Shown in pieces: positions 21,678 to 31,414 of a DNA stretch of 64,000 nt. This stretch comes from an uncultured delta proteobacterium. Its GTDB lineage: Bacteria > Desulfobacterota > WTBG01 > CAIYCZ01 > CAIRTM01. The notes under the pieces were generated by a model. The model was not told the DNA's origin. It saw nothing but the letters and a program-made list of their open reading frames with translations, and did no database searches. Location of the stretch: assembly GCA_963804955.1 (NCBI GenBank), contig CAWDSQ010000001.1, forward strand, positions 103,178-167,177, read 5' to 3'. The first letter of the stretch is position 1. The number at the start of each line of letters is the position of its first letter. Both the position numbers and the translations under genes were made by a program.

Positions 21678-22901
21678 TTAAATTTTTTGATGCTCCGGTG
21701 ATGCAGGAGGAAGCGCTGCGATTTTGGCGGCATAGAGGTTAATGCCGGGCATGGCGCTCAGGCCGTGGGCAAAAATGCTCAGCAGCACCGTTGCCATAAC
21801 GGCGATCCGTATGGTCTCCTCGCCGGGGTTGTGCAGCTCCTGCTCCAAATAGACCAGCCCCAGCACGATTGAGGCAAGGCCCCGGGGGCCGAACCAGCCC
21901 ATGAACAACACTGTTGTCCGCGAAAGGCCCGTGCCCGCAAGCGCCAGCCAGACCGGCAGCATGCGCACTGCGGTGAGGCTCAGGGCGGCATACAGAAGTG
22001 CTGCAGGCGTAAACTGCGTCCATGCACGTGCCACCAGGAGGCCGAAAAGAAAAAACACGGCAAGGTTGAACAGCTGGCCCCAATCTTCGGCAAACTCAAC
22101 GCTGTGCCTGCCCGCCTCCTTAAATCCAACCTGCACGGCAAGGCCTGCGATGAACGCGGCGATGAACATGCTGGCCCCGACGGCTTCCGAAGCCAGTATG
22201 CACAGCAGCGGCAGCGCTATGACACCGAGTTTCTGGAGCGGCCCCGCCATCCACTGCTTGCGATGCGCCAGCCCCAATAGCAGCCCTCCGGCAAGGCCGA
22301 CGCCGATGCCGATGAGCGCCCCGTACCCGAGCTGCTCCATGATAAACCGGCCGAGCACCCCCTTCTGGCCTGCAGCCCCGGATTCAGCAAGGGCAATAAA
22401 GAACAGCATGAACGGAACGGACAGCCCGTCGTTCAAGCCGGCCTCCACATTAAGCGCCTGGCGGATGCGCATGGGCACGCGCGGGCTGTTGACGATGATC
22501 TGCCCAAGGCCCGCGTCCGTGGGGGCAAGAATGGCCCCGAGTATGCCCGCCTCCCAGATGGTAAGGTTCGGGAACACGCCCACGGCAGCAAGGGCTCCGA
22601 GCACGATGGTAAGAAGCATGCCCGTGCTTAAAAGCCGCAGGGGAAGGTTGCGGATGCTTTTTAAAATGGCGAGATCGGTTTTGCTGGCATCGGTGAAGAG
22701 CAGCAGCACCAGGCCGATTTCAGCCACCTGCAGCAGCAGCTTGAAATTATAGTCGCGGCCGCGCAGCTCCGGTATAAGCAGTAGCGCCACCCCGCCCGCA
22801 GCGGTGAAAAGAATGGGGGCTGTGATGACGGTGCGCTCAAGGCGCTTTGAAACAAGGCTGTATAAAAAGATAAGCGTACAGTAGATGGCAATGAGTGTCA
22901 T
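21678..22901 (-). CDS. Cation:proton antiporter (CPA1/NhaP-like)
   Basis: LAPTDAGLG, VEAGLNDG, GWFGPRGLASIV; about 12 TMs. Confidence 0.9.
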   Translation of the reverse strand: MTLIAIYCTLIFLYSLVSKRLERTVITAPILFTAAGGVALLLIPELRGRDYNFKLLLQVAEIGLVLLLFTDASKTDLAILKSIRNLPLRLLSTGMLLTIVLGALAAVGVFPNLTIWEAGILGAILAPTDAGLGQIIVNSPRVPMRIRQALNVEAGLNDGLSVPFMLFFIALAESGAAGQKGVLGRFIMEQLGYGALIGIGVGLAGGLLLGLAHRKQWMAGPLQKLGVIALPLLCILASEAVGASMFIAAFIAGLAVQVGFKEAGRHSVEFAEDWGQLFNLAVFFLFGLLVARAWTQFTPAALLYAALSLTAVRMLPVWLALAGTGLSRTTVLFMGWFGPRGLASIVLGLVYLEQELHNPGEETIRIAVMATVLLSIFAHGLSAMPGINLYAAKIAALPPASPEHQKI

Positions 22902-23020
22902 GGATGATTGCGCCTCTCACGCACAGGGTTCGGGATGGGCACACTATAAAGGGGTACTGCGGCTGTGTCAAATAGTAATGCAGCACAAGAAAAGCTCATT
23001 ACAGCCGGGACCGATCAGCG

Positions 23021-24506
23021 TTATTGATGTATCTGCGTATGCCCCACCGGCTGTCCCCCACAGCCGTTCTTCATAAGGCAGAGCAGTATTTCTTCATATA
23101 CTGCCCAAATCTTTTTTCTGTCATCTGCGTGATTGGCAAGAAAAGAAAAAACGGCCTCACCTTTTTCAGTCCCGGCAAAGCCGGATAATGTCAAAGCATC
23201 ATCCAGTGTTCCTGATTTCGCGTGAATCCTGCCTGTTAATTCCGGCGCGCTGAATTTATCTTTTATCGTACCTGTCAGCCCTGAAACAGCCAGGGAATTT
23301 TTAAAGGCCTCACGGTTTTTATTTGTATTCATAAACCTGAGAAGCCGTGTAAGATTTGTGGCGCTGATTCTATTCTCCCGGCTGAGTCCGGTGCCGTCCG
23401 CGATACTGCCGCCATCGGGCAGAATGCTGTTTTTCTTCAACAGGGCTTTACATGCGGCACGTGCGTTGTCATAGTTTGCCTTCCCGTACAGGCTATAGCC
23501 CAGATTCAAAAAAAGCAGTTCCGCCCGCAGATTATCACTGTCGGTAAACATCCGGTACACATACTCGGAAAGGGGTATCCCTTCCAGCTCGAAAAGCAGT
23601 TCTTCACGGGCTTCATTGCTTAAATCATTACCGGTAATTGTAATGCCGCGCTGCAGCAAGTGCATGAACAATGTTTTTCCGGTAATAGTCTTCCGCCGAT
23701 ATCGTATCGATCCTCCAGTGATCCGTGCTGTCGGCAGCGGTATTGATGAGTATTTTATCGGTCGGCTTTCCATTCTCCGGAAATTTTTCCTGATGCCCTG
23801 TTTTTTTCCGGGCAAGCAGCTCAAAGTGAAACAGGGTTTCGGGAATGGTAGTTATTTTTGAATGTACAACCTGTATCTCGACGGCATTTTCATTGAATGT
23901 CACCGAACCGGCAGCCGGATACTGTATATTGTATTTCAGGTCACTCCAGGCGCTGCCGTCAACGACTACATTTCCCTCAATGCGGGTAATACCGGCGCTT
24001 TTTATTCTATTGGCGAATTCATCAAGCTGGTTACCCAGAATTTCTTTTTTTCTGTCAAAATCATCGGTATAGCGTGCCGTAAATTCAATTGCCCCGGTGC
24101 CGCGGACCACCAGGTTACCCCGCAACATGCCGTTTTCAACGCGCCCTTTTTTGTAAAAGCGCGTTTTAAACCGGTAGTCAGGGCCGAAATGCAAAAGACC
24201 GCAGGCGCCGGTCAGCAGTTTCTGATTTGATGCCGGAATAAGGCTTGCATTTTCATTGAATGAGAAAAGTTTTCCCCCTCCTGCATCCGTGATGGAAATG
24301 CCGAACTGCACATTGGAGAATTCTTTTTGCGCGAGAAGCGCTTCAATCTTTTGCTGCATGCCCGCCGTTTCGCCAAAGCAGGCAGACGAGAAGGCAAGCA
24401 GCAGGAAACAGGGAAGAAAATGCGTCAGTATGTGCCGTATCCCGCAATCCCCGCAATTGGTTTCAGGAAGAATGTTTTTATAAATATCAGGGCCGGTTAA
24501 TGCCAT
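23021..24506 (-). CDS. dacB: D-Ala-D-Ala carboxypeptidase/endopeptidase (PBP4, S13); frameshift near 23675
   Basis: PASNQK (SxxK), SDN (SxN), DGTGLSRENR, HAKSGTL. Confidence 0.85.
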
Positions 24507-24560
24507 AGTTCTCTTTTTTGCTTAAAGCGCACATGTCCGTTTGGAGATTCAGGTGCTGTC

Positions 24561-24761
24561 TTACTCCTCGATGGTAATAGCCTCCGTATCACATTTCGCA
24601 GCAGTCTGCCTGACACGCTCTTCCAGTTCAGGCGGAACAACATCAACACGCACGCGCGCTTCAGTCTTTCCTTCATCATATTCAAATACTTCAGGACACA
24701 TATCACTGCACTGCCTGTCTCCCATGCAACGATCATAATCTATAGTAACTTTCATAGACAC
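24561..24761 (-). CDS. Small monocluster ferredoxin ([3Fe-4S]/[4Fe-4S])
   Basis: KVTIDYDRCMGDRQCSDMCPEVF...AAKCDTEAITIEE. Confidence 0.85.
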   Translation of the reverse strand: MSMKVTIDYDRCMGDRQCSDMCPEVFEYDEGKTEARVRVDVVPPELEERVRQTAAKCDTEAITIEE

Positions 24762-25137
24762 TCCCTTCTGTTGAAAAATTATATAACCGCGTTTTTATCT
24801 TTCCTGCCAAAAGATTAAGGGCGACGCTGTTGACAATTTGCACAAAGTCCTTCGGTCCCTCTCGATTTCGTTTTCACCTGACTGCTTTTTTGAATAAAGC
24901 ATCACGCATATACATGCACGCAACGCAGCCTGTGTTTTAGATGCCGGGGTTCGGGGTTCAGGTATCAATGATAAGTTGCCTGCAGCAGTGGAGGAGATGG
25001 TAAACCCACTTTTCACGAGGCCCCAGGGTAAGTTTAAAAGGTTTGAATATCAAAGCATTGTTTTGTGTTTTATTCAATGGATTTTTTAATTAAAATGGGT
25101 AACATGTGGAGGGATCAGGGGGGCAAAAGTCAGAAAC

Positions 25138-25415
25138 AAGAAAGGCTGTTAGCCTGTAGGCGGTAGGAAAAGTGAAAGACGATGCACCGCAGAGGCACAG
25201 AGGCCGCAGAGAAGAAATTTCTTTTTATGTTTCGCTGAGAGGGCGAAATATAAAAGGCTTCTGTCTTTTAAACGAGCTGCTGTTTCCGCTTTCTGCCCGC
25301 TCAGCAGAAAAGGGAAACCGTACTCTCCGGCATCTCTGCGTTTTCAGCGTCTCGAGCGAAGCGGGCGGTTAGAAGAAAGGCTGGTAGACTGCAGGCTGTA
25401 GGAAAAGCGAAAGAC
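25138..25415. repeat. Multi-hairpin palindromic element bracketed by a 43-bp imperfect direct repeat
   Basis: AAGAAAGGCTGTTAGCCTGTAGGCGGTAGGAAAAGTGAAAGAC (25138-25180) versus the copy at 25373-25415 (5 mismatches); internal hairpins at 25223-25255 and 25283-25317. Confidence 0.65.
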
Positions 25416-25508
25416 ATTGCGCACCCTGCCAGCTTTGGTCCTTAAGTACAGGAGGGATAAACCCCTACGGCTAATCCCTCCTGTACAAAAAAATCCGCTA
25501 AGCCATGC

Positions 25509-25991
25509 CTATTTAACCAGCGGTATTTCCGCGGCAAGATCATAGCGCACGATGGCGGTGATCTTGTTTTCAAGCTGCATGTACCGCGCGGCCTTCCTGG
25601 CGCCCACTGCCTCGACCACTCTCGGTATGCAGGCCCGAAGCTGCTTGACCCGCTCAGCCTCAAGCTCAAGGTACTTGTTGGTCAGCTCGAGGGCTTTTTT
25701 ATCGGTCATCGTGTCATAATTTTTCCCGTAATCGTCGATCAGCTTCAAAAGCCGCTCATTGACCTTGCCGAGCTCTTTCTGGTAGTTGTCATACAGCGGC
25801 CAGAACACTTTTGCGTCTTTTTTCGTGAGCTGCATGTTGTCGGCGATCAGCAGCTTTTTATCAGCCTTCAGCTTGTCTTTCACCATCTGCATCGTGTCTG
25901 CCGGCTTTTCCTGTGCCGCTGCGGGCATGGCCGCAGCCAGCAGAAAAACCGCTGCCGCCAGAATAACAACTGTTTTTGCTACTACGCGCAT
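25509..25991 (-). CDS. Exported helical hypothetical protein
   Basis: Signal peptide ending AAAQ; ADKKLLIADNMQLT...FWPLYDNYQKEL; RBS AAGGAG. Confidence 0.75.
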   Translation of the reverse strand: MRVVAKTVVILAAAVFLLAAAMPAAAQEKPADTMQMVKDKLKADKKLLIADNMQLTKKDAKVFWPLYDNYQKELGKVNERLLKLIDDYGKNYDTMTDKKALELTNKYLELEAERVKQLRACIPRVVEAVGARKAARYMQLENKITAIVRYDLAAEIPLVK

Positions 25992-26488
25992 GACAATCTC
26001 CTTTTCAAGTACGGCTAGTAGTTTTTTGCCCCACCATAATGCATAGCTCTCGTACCGGTCAAGCTGTTTGTTGCTCCGGCTCACAGGTTAAACATTTTGA
26101 CATTTCTATCCGTTATTCATATAGTCCAGCCATATGGACAACATATCCCGGCCTTCGCTTAGTGCTTGATGAACAGATGCGGTTTGAAACTCTGCTGCTT
26201 GAAATTTCGACATACTTTGGATAAGACAAAGCTTGAAGAATACAAGTATCAACCGCGAAACTAATTTTGCTGGCCACGACATCGCGAAATGCATCGCATG
26301 AAAGCTTTGAATAAACGATGTCGTGACCATTTTTTAAGCAAACGATGACCTGAACGTTAGCAGCTATGGACTTTCAGATGCGCTACGGGAGATGACGGGC
26401 TGCCCCTTGCCAGTGAACATCAATGCCCGGCGGCACGGCTGATCCAGCAAGAAAACAGCAACCGCCTGCTTGAAGCAATCCAAACAGG

Positions 26489-27733
26489 ATGCGGGTGAAC
26501 ATGACCAAGCCCGAGCGTGCGCAGGAGGCACTTGAAGAGCGGCTGGAATTTGAGACGCTGCTGGCCAACCTGTCTGCGCATTTTATCAATCTGCCAACCG
26601 ACCGGATAGACAGCGAGATCGTCGACGCTCAGCGCCAGATCTGCCAATGCCTTGATATTGACCGCTCCACCCTGTGGCAAATCCCTGAGGATGAGCCAGG
26701 GGAAATGCTGCTGACGCACGTGCATCAGCCCCCGGGAAGCACGCCGCCCCCGGATCGGATGAGCTTGGGGGAGCTGTTTCCCTGGGCAATGCGGCAGGTC
26801 ATGAGCGGAAGCGTTTTTACCTTCTCGAAAATTTCAGATTTTCCGCCGCAGGCAGCAATCGACAGGGAGAACCTCCGCCGCTACGGCACCAAGGCCGATG
26901 TGCTGGTCCCGCTTTCAAGCGGGGAAGGGCCGGTCTTCGGCCTGTTGACCTTTGCGGTTTTGCGGGAGGAGCGCGTCTGGACCGAGGCGGTTGTGACGGG
27001 GTTCAAGCTTATCGCGCATGTTTTTGCCGGCGCGCTTGTCCGCAAGCGGGCCGATGAGGAACTGCGGCGCCACGAGCAGGAGCTCGGCAGGCTCACCGGA
27101 CGCATTATCAATGCCCAGGAAGAGGAGCTTCGGCGGCTTTCCCGGGAGCTGCATGATGATCTGACGCAGCGGCTTGCGGCCCTGGCGCTTGATGCGGCGC
27201 TGATTGAAAAAGAGCTGCATCCCGCGCAGCCGCGGGCTGTTAACGCCCTCAGGGACATGCGGGCCAGGCTGACCGAGCTTGCCGGGGAAGTCCACAACCT
27301 CTCCCGCCAGCTGCACCCCTCCATTCTCGACGATCTGGGCCTGGCGCAGGCGGTACAGGCTGAATGCGCCGCCTTTGTCAGGAAAACCGGCATTGACCTG
27401 TCCTTTACGCCCCAGGACCTGCCGGATACACTGCCCCAGAACATCGCCCTGTGCCTGTACCGCATAATCCGGGAAGGGCTCCAGAACATTGCAAAACACT
27501 CGGGGGCCGCCGCGGCCGCTATCGCGCTGCACGGGCTCCCGGACGGCATTCGTTTGGTTGTCAAGGACAACGGGAGCGGATTTGACCCGGAAACGGCAAA
27601 GCAGAAGGCCGGCATCGGCCTGTCCAGCATGCGGGAGCGGGTGCGGCTCGTAAACGGCGCCATAGCCATTGCCGCAAAGCCGGGACAGGGTGCTGAAATT
27701 CAGGTCTTTATTCCATTAGGGGACGCCCCATGA
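26489..27733 (+). CDS. Cytoplasmic sensor histidine kinase (GAF plus HisKA_3 plus HATPase)
   Basis: EEELRRLSRELHDDLTQ H-box; EGLQNIAKHS; DNGSGFD; GIGLSSMRER. Confidence 0.92.
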   Translation: MRVNMTKPERAQEALEERLEFETLLANLSAHFINLPTDRIDSEIVDAQRQICQCLDIDRSTLWQIPEDEPGEMLLTHVHQPPGSTPPPDRMSLGELFPWAMRQVMSGSVFTFSKISDFPPQAAIDRENLRRYGTKADVLVPLSSGEGPVFGLLTFAVLREERVWTEAVVTGFKLIAHVFAGALVRKRADEELRRHEQELGRLTGRIINAQEEELRRLSRELHDDLTQRLAALALDAALIEKELHPAQPRAVNALRDMRARLTELAGEVHNLSRQLHPSILDDLGLAQAVQAECAAFVRKTGIDLSFTPQDLPDTLPQNIALCLYRIIREGLQNIAKHSGAAAAAIALHGLPDGIRLVVKDNGSGFDPETAKQKAGIGLSSMRERVRLVNGAIAIAAKPGQGAEIQVFIPLGDAP

Positions 27734-28371
27734 CCAAGCCGCGGCTGCTCATAGCAGACGACCACAAAATTTTTGTTGAGGGTATGAAAAGGCTGCTCAG
27801 CTCTGACTTTGACATCGCCGGTGTGGCCGAAAACGGCCGTGAGCTGGTAGCGGCCGCGGAAAAGCTTCGGCCAGATGTCATCGTTGCCGACATTTCCATG
27901 CCCATGCTCAATGGCATAGACGCCGTGCGGCAGATCAAAAAAGCGCATCCTGAAATCACGGTGGTATTTCTCACCATGCACCCCGATGCAGCCTATGCGT
28001 CAAGCGCCCTGCAGGCGGGCGGGTCGGGCTATGTGCTGAAAAGCTCCGCCCCCGATGAACTCATTACCGCCATCCGCAGGGGCCTTAAGGGAAAAACCTA
28101 TGTAACGCCCCAGATTGCCGGAAAGCTCCGGCATGCCGCCGAGCCCGGTTCCCGGGCCGCCAACGGGACTGGCAGCAGCCTTTCTTCCCGGCAGCACGAA
28201 GTGCTGCAGCTGCTGGCGGAAGGACATGCCGCAAAAGCCATCGCCAGTATTTTGAATATATCCATAAAAACCGTTGAGTATCACAAGTACCGGATGATGG
28301 AGGACCTGGGCATCAAGACAACGGCGGAGCTGATCCGGTATGCCGTGAAGCACGGCATTGCAGGGCCCTGA
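27730..28371 (+). CDS. NarL/FixJ-family response regulator
   Basis: LIADDH, DISMP, LTMH; LuxR HTH LSSRQHEVLQLLAEG...ISIKTVEYHK. Confidence 0.93.
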   Translation: MTKPRLLIADDHKIFVEGMKRLLSSDFDIAGVAENGRELVAAAEKLRPDVIVADISMPMLNGIDAVRQIKKAHPEITVVFLTMHPDAAYASSALQAGGSGYVLKSSAPDELITAIRRGLKGKTYVTPQIAGKLRHAAEPGSRAANGTGSSLSSRQHEVLQLLAEGHAAKAIASILNISIKTVEYHKYRMMEDLGIKTTAELIRYAVKHGIAGP

Positions 28372-28405
28372 TTACCCCCCCCCCAGGAAAAGCATTCCGC
28401 AAAAC

Positions 28406-28450
28406 TAGGATTTCTCCTAATTGACGTTTCACCGCATTGTTCTATATATA
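28406..28450 (+). promoter_or_regulatory. Inverted-repeat operator abutting a -35 element
   Basis: TAGGA-TTTC-TCCTA directly before TTGACG, with a TATATA tract 16-18 nt later. Confidence 0.45.
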
Positions 28451-28524
28451 TCAATAACTCAGTAGACAGTCCCGATCCATCCATCAACGGCGGTCCGCCG
28501 GTACCGGCACAGACGAGGTGATTC

Positions 28525-28929
28525 ATGGCAGCCGAAAGAATAATTCTTGCGGAGTCCCATCAAACCTTTGTGGGCGTGGTTCGCCTGATTCTCGAGGAAA
28601 CGATGAGCGCCCTGTTCATAGTCGCCGACGAGCGCTCTCTTATCGAAGCCGTTGCAGGCACACAATTCGACCTGGTCATTGCGGACCTGTCATTTCCGGC
28701 ATGTTCGGGGGGGAATGTCGTCAGACTGCTGCAAAAACTGAAGCCGGAACTCAAGTCCATCATTCTGAGCGTCCATGACGAGCAGACGGTGGTGAATGAA
28801 TGCCTTGCCGCGGGGGCGAAGGGCTTCGTGCTCAAGAGAGCGGCAGCCACCGACCTGCTTCCGGCCGTGGAGGCGGTTTTAAAGGGCGGAATGTATGTTT
28901 CACCCTATTGCCGCGAACAGGGCGCATGA
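28525..28929 (+). CDS. Single-domain response regulator (REC)
   Basis: IILAESH, LVIADLS, ILSVH, GAKGFVLK. Confidence 0.85.
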   Translation: MAAERIILAESHQTFVGVVRLILEETMSALFIVADERSLIEAVAGTQFDLVIADLSFPACSGGNVVRLLQKLKPELKSIILSVHDEQTVVNECLAAGAKGFVLKRAAATDLLPAVEAVLKGGMYVSPYCREQGA

Positions 28930-29067
28930 CTATACAGAAGCCCGACGGAAGAGCCGGCAGGGAGCCTTGAAAAATTCAGGCAATGAAGGCGCCGCTGTGC
29001 GGGCATAGCAAATAGATTTGACGTGAACCATAACGTTTTTTTACAACAACCACGGAAAGGGCGGCGT

Positions 29068-29772
29068 ATGAAAATGCAGGGAACAAAATGGGCAGGCATG
29101 TTTGCGGTACTGGCGGGCGTATGTCTTTTGGCGGGGGCCTGCGCGACGATGCAGGCGCGCAGCACGACAACAGCGGGATTTCTGGGCGACTATTCCCAGC
29201 TCAAGGAGGGCGGGGAGGGCAAGGCCCTGCTCGTCTATGTCGACCCGGCGGCGGATTTCAAGGCATATCCCCGTATTATGATGGACCCGGTCAAGCTCTA
29301 TGCTTCATCGGAGCACAGCATGCAGAATGTTTCTTCGGAAGACCGGCAGAAACTTTTAAACTATGCCGATGCCACCATTCGTGAACATCTTGCCAAATAT
29401 TATACCTTCGTGAAGAGCCCGGGCCCCGGCGTCATGCGCCTGCGCGTAGCGATAACCGAGGCCGAGAGCTCCTCTGTCGTGCTTGATACCGTCTCCACCA
29501 TCCTGCCGGTGGGCCTTGCCCTGGCCGGCCTTCAGACGGCTGCGACGGGCTCGTGCTCTTTTGTGGGCTCTGCCGGGCTTGAAGTCGAGATGCTGGACAG
29601 CCAGACCGGCAAGCGCCTGGCTGCGGCTGTCGATCGCCGGGTAGGCGGCAAGGTGAGCGGAGAGGGCGATAAATTTGACGAATGGCGCACGGTGAAGAGC
29701 GCTGTCGATTACTGGGCCGGCCGGCTAGAGCTTCGCCTGGGCGAAAAACTCGGCAGAATAGCCACACAGTAA
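29068..29772 (+). CDS. DUF3313-family lipoprotein, copy 2
   Basis: LAGACATMQARS...GFLGDYSQLK; highly similar to 17735 and 45203. Confidence 0.85.
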   Translation: MKMQGTKWAGMFAVLAGVCLLAGACATMQARSTTTAGFLGDYSQLKEGGEGKALLVYVDPAADFKAYPRIMMDPVKLYASSEHSMQNVSSEDRQKLLNYADATIREHLAKYYTFVKSPGPGVMRLRVAITEAESSSVVLDTVSTILPVGLALAGLQTAATGSCSFVGSAGLEVEMLDSQTGKRLAAAVDRRVGGKVSGEGDKFDEWRTVKSAVDYWAGRLELRLGEKLGRIATQ

Positions 29773-29862
29773 GCGTACAAGAACCACCGGCGCGAAGGCC
29801 CAGGCCGCACTACAGAGGCGCGGGGCGGGTTCGCGGGGTCATTAGCAGGAAAGGCGCACGGC

Positions 29863-31350
29863 ATGAAACAGCGATCCTTCAGGATGTTTTCCAGTATGCT
29901 CTCGCTTACCGGCCTGTTCATTGCGGTTTTCAATATCGCACTGATAGTCGTTCTGTCGATTGCCGATGCCCTGTCCGCGGGCACACACCCGTATGCCGAC
30001 CTGGTGATCTGGATCATGCTGCCGTGCGGCGTTTTGTTCGGCGCGGCCCTGATCATTGCCGGCATCCGGCGGCAGCGACGCACGAAAGGCGGGAGCCGCT
30101 TCCCGGTCATCGACCTTAACGATACCGGGCTGCGCAAAAAAGCGCTCGGCCTGCTGACGGTCCTGGTGCTGCTGTCGGTGCTCTATGCCTTTTCCGGGTA
30201 TAAGGCCTATGAGTTTTCCGAATCAAATACATTCTGCGGAGCCTGCCACACCGTGATGGGGCCTGAAACCAGGTCCAACGCCTACTCGCCACACGCACAG
30301 CTCCTGTGCACCAACTGCCACGTGGGGCCCGGGGCAAAGTACTATTTCATCTCCCATCTGAAAGGAGCCCGGGAGGGCTTCAATTACCTGCTCGACAGAT
30401 ACAGCCGGCCCCTTCATACGCCGATTGCGGCCCTGCGTCCATCCGAGCATATATGCGAAAACTGTCACGGCCCCAAGTACCAGTTAAACGAGCGGCTTGA
30501 AAGCCGCACCTATTTCATGTCCGACAAGGAGAATTCACGCAAGAAGATCAACCTGCTGTTTAAGCCGGGTAAAACGGACACCACGCTTGAGCAGCCGCCG
30601 AAAATGCACTGGCACTCAAGCACCACGGCTGAAATCGAGTACGCCGATACTGACCCGAAGCGGATCGAGATTCCGTGGATTCGCGTCAAGCGGCTCGACG
30701 GAACCGTGCGCACCTACCGCCGCGACGACTCGAAGCTCTCGGACGACGACGCGGCAAAGGCCGGGACGAGGCGCATGGACTGCATGGACTGCCACAACCG
30801 GACGGGCCATCCCTTTAACCCCCCGGCGGCTATTCTGAACGCCATGCTCGGGGCGGGGTTCATTGATACGGGCCTGCCGGAGATTAAGCATGTCGGAGTC
30901 CAGACACTTGAAGCCTCCTATGCTTCCCAGGAGGAGGCAGCCAAAGGCATAGAAACGGCAATTCGTGACTTCTATCGCAAGGCCTATCCTGCTGTTGCAA
31001 AGGACAAGGAGGCGGCAATCACCTCAGCGATCACGGCGCTGCAGGGCGCCTACAGCCGCAACTACGACCCGCATATGAAGGTGAGCTGGCGCAGCTTTGG
31101 CAGCAATCAGGGGCATATGTATTCGCCGGGCTGCTTCCGCTGCCATGACGGCAAACACCGAAGCGATGACGGCGCTGTTCTGTCGCAGGACTGCAGCCTG
31201 TGCCACCTGCTGATCGAGCGTGTCCCCGGCCAGGATACTGCCGGAAGCAATCAGGCCGAGATCCGCGTGATGGATTATCCGCACCCCGTTGATATCGGCG
31301 ACAGGTTGCAGACAATGATGTGTACGAAATGCCACGGCCCATCATCGTGA
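29863..31350 (+). CDS. Membrane-anchored NapC/NirT-like heptaheme cytochrome c
   Basis: Three N-terminal TMs; CGACH, CTNCH, CENCH, CMDCH, CFRCH, CSLCH, CTKCH. Confidence 0.88.
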   Translation: MKQRSFRMFSSMLSLTGLFIAVFNIALIVVLSIADALSAGTHPYADLVIWIMLPCGVLFGAALIIAGIRRQRRTKGGSRFPVIDLNDTGLRKKALGLLTVLVLLSVLYAFSGYKAYEFSESNTFCGACHTVMGPETRSNAYSPHAQLLCTNCHVGPGAKYYFISHLKGAREGFNYLLDRYSRPLHTPIAALRPSEHICENCHGPKYQLNERLESRTYFMSDKENSRKKINLLFKPGKTDTTLEQPPKMHWHSSTTAEIEYADTDPKRIEIPWIRVKRLDGTVRTYRRDDSKLSDDDAAKAGTRRMDCMDCHNRTGHPFNPPAAILNAMLGAGFIDTGLPEIKHVGVQTLEASYASQEEAAKGIETAIRDFYRKAYPAVAKDKEAAITSAITALQGAYSRNYDPHMKVSWRSFGSNQGHMYSPGCFRCHDGKHRSDDGAVLSQDCSLCHLLIERVPGQDTAGSNQAEIRVMDYPHPVDIGDRLQTMMCTKCHGPSS

Positions 31351-31414
31351 CCGGCTGCGACAGGGTAATAGACACAGGCCTGACCCTTCTTGATACATAC
31401 AGGAAACAAGGGAT

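Noticed and set aside
24795-25080. IS element or small CDS upstream of the ferredoxin
   Set aside because: Only vague terminal-repeat-like words; no transposase motif or matching second end.
25446-25486. Intrinsic terminator for the minus-strand gene ending at 25509
   Set aside because: Strong stem but no U-tract follows it on either strand; more likely a REP-like repeat.
29863-31350. Nitrate/nitrite reductase (nap/nrf) operon
   Set aside because: No napA or nrfA catalytic subunit nearby; the partner gene is the rhodanese-fused cytochrome.
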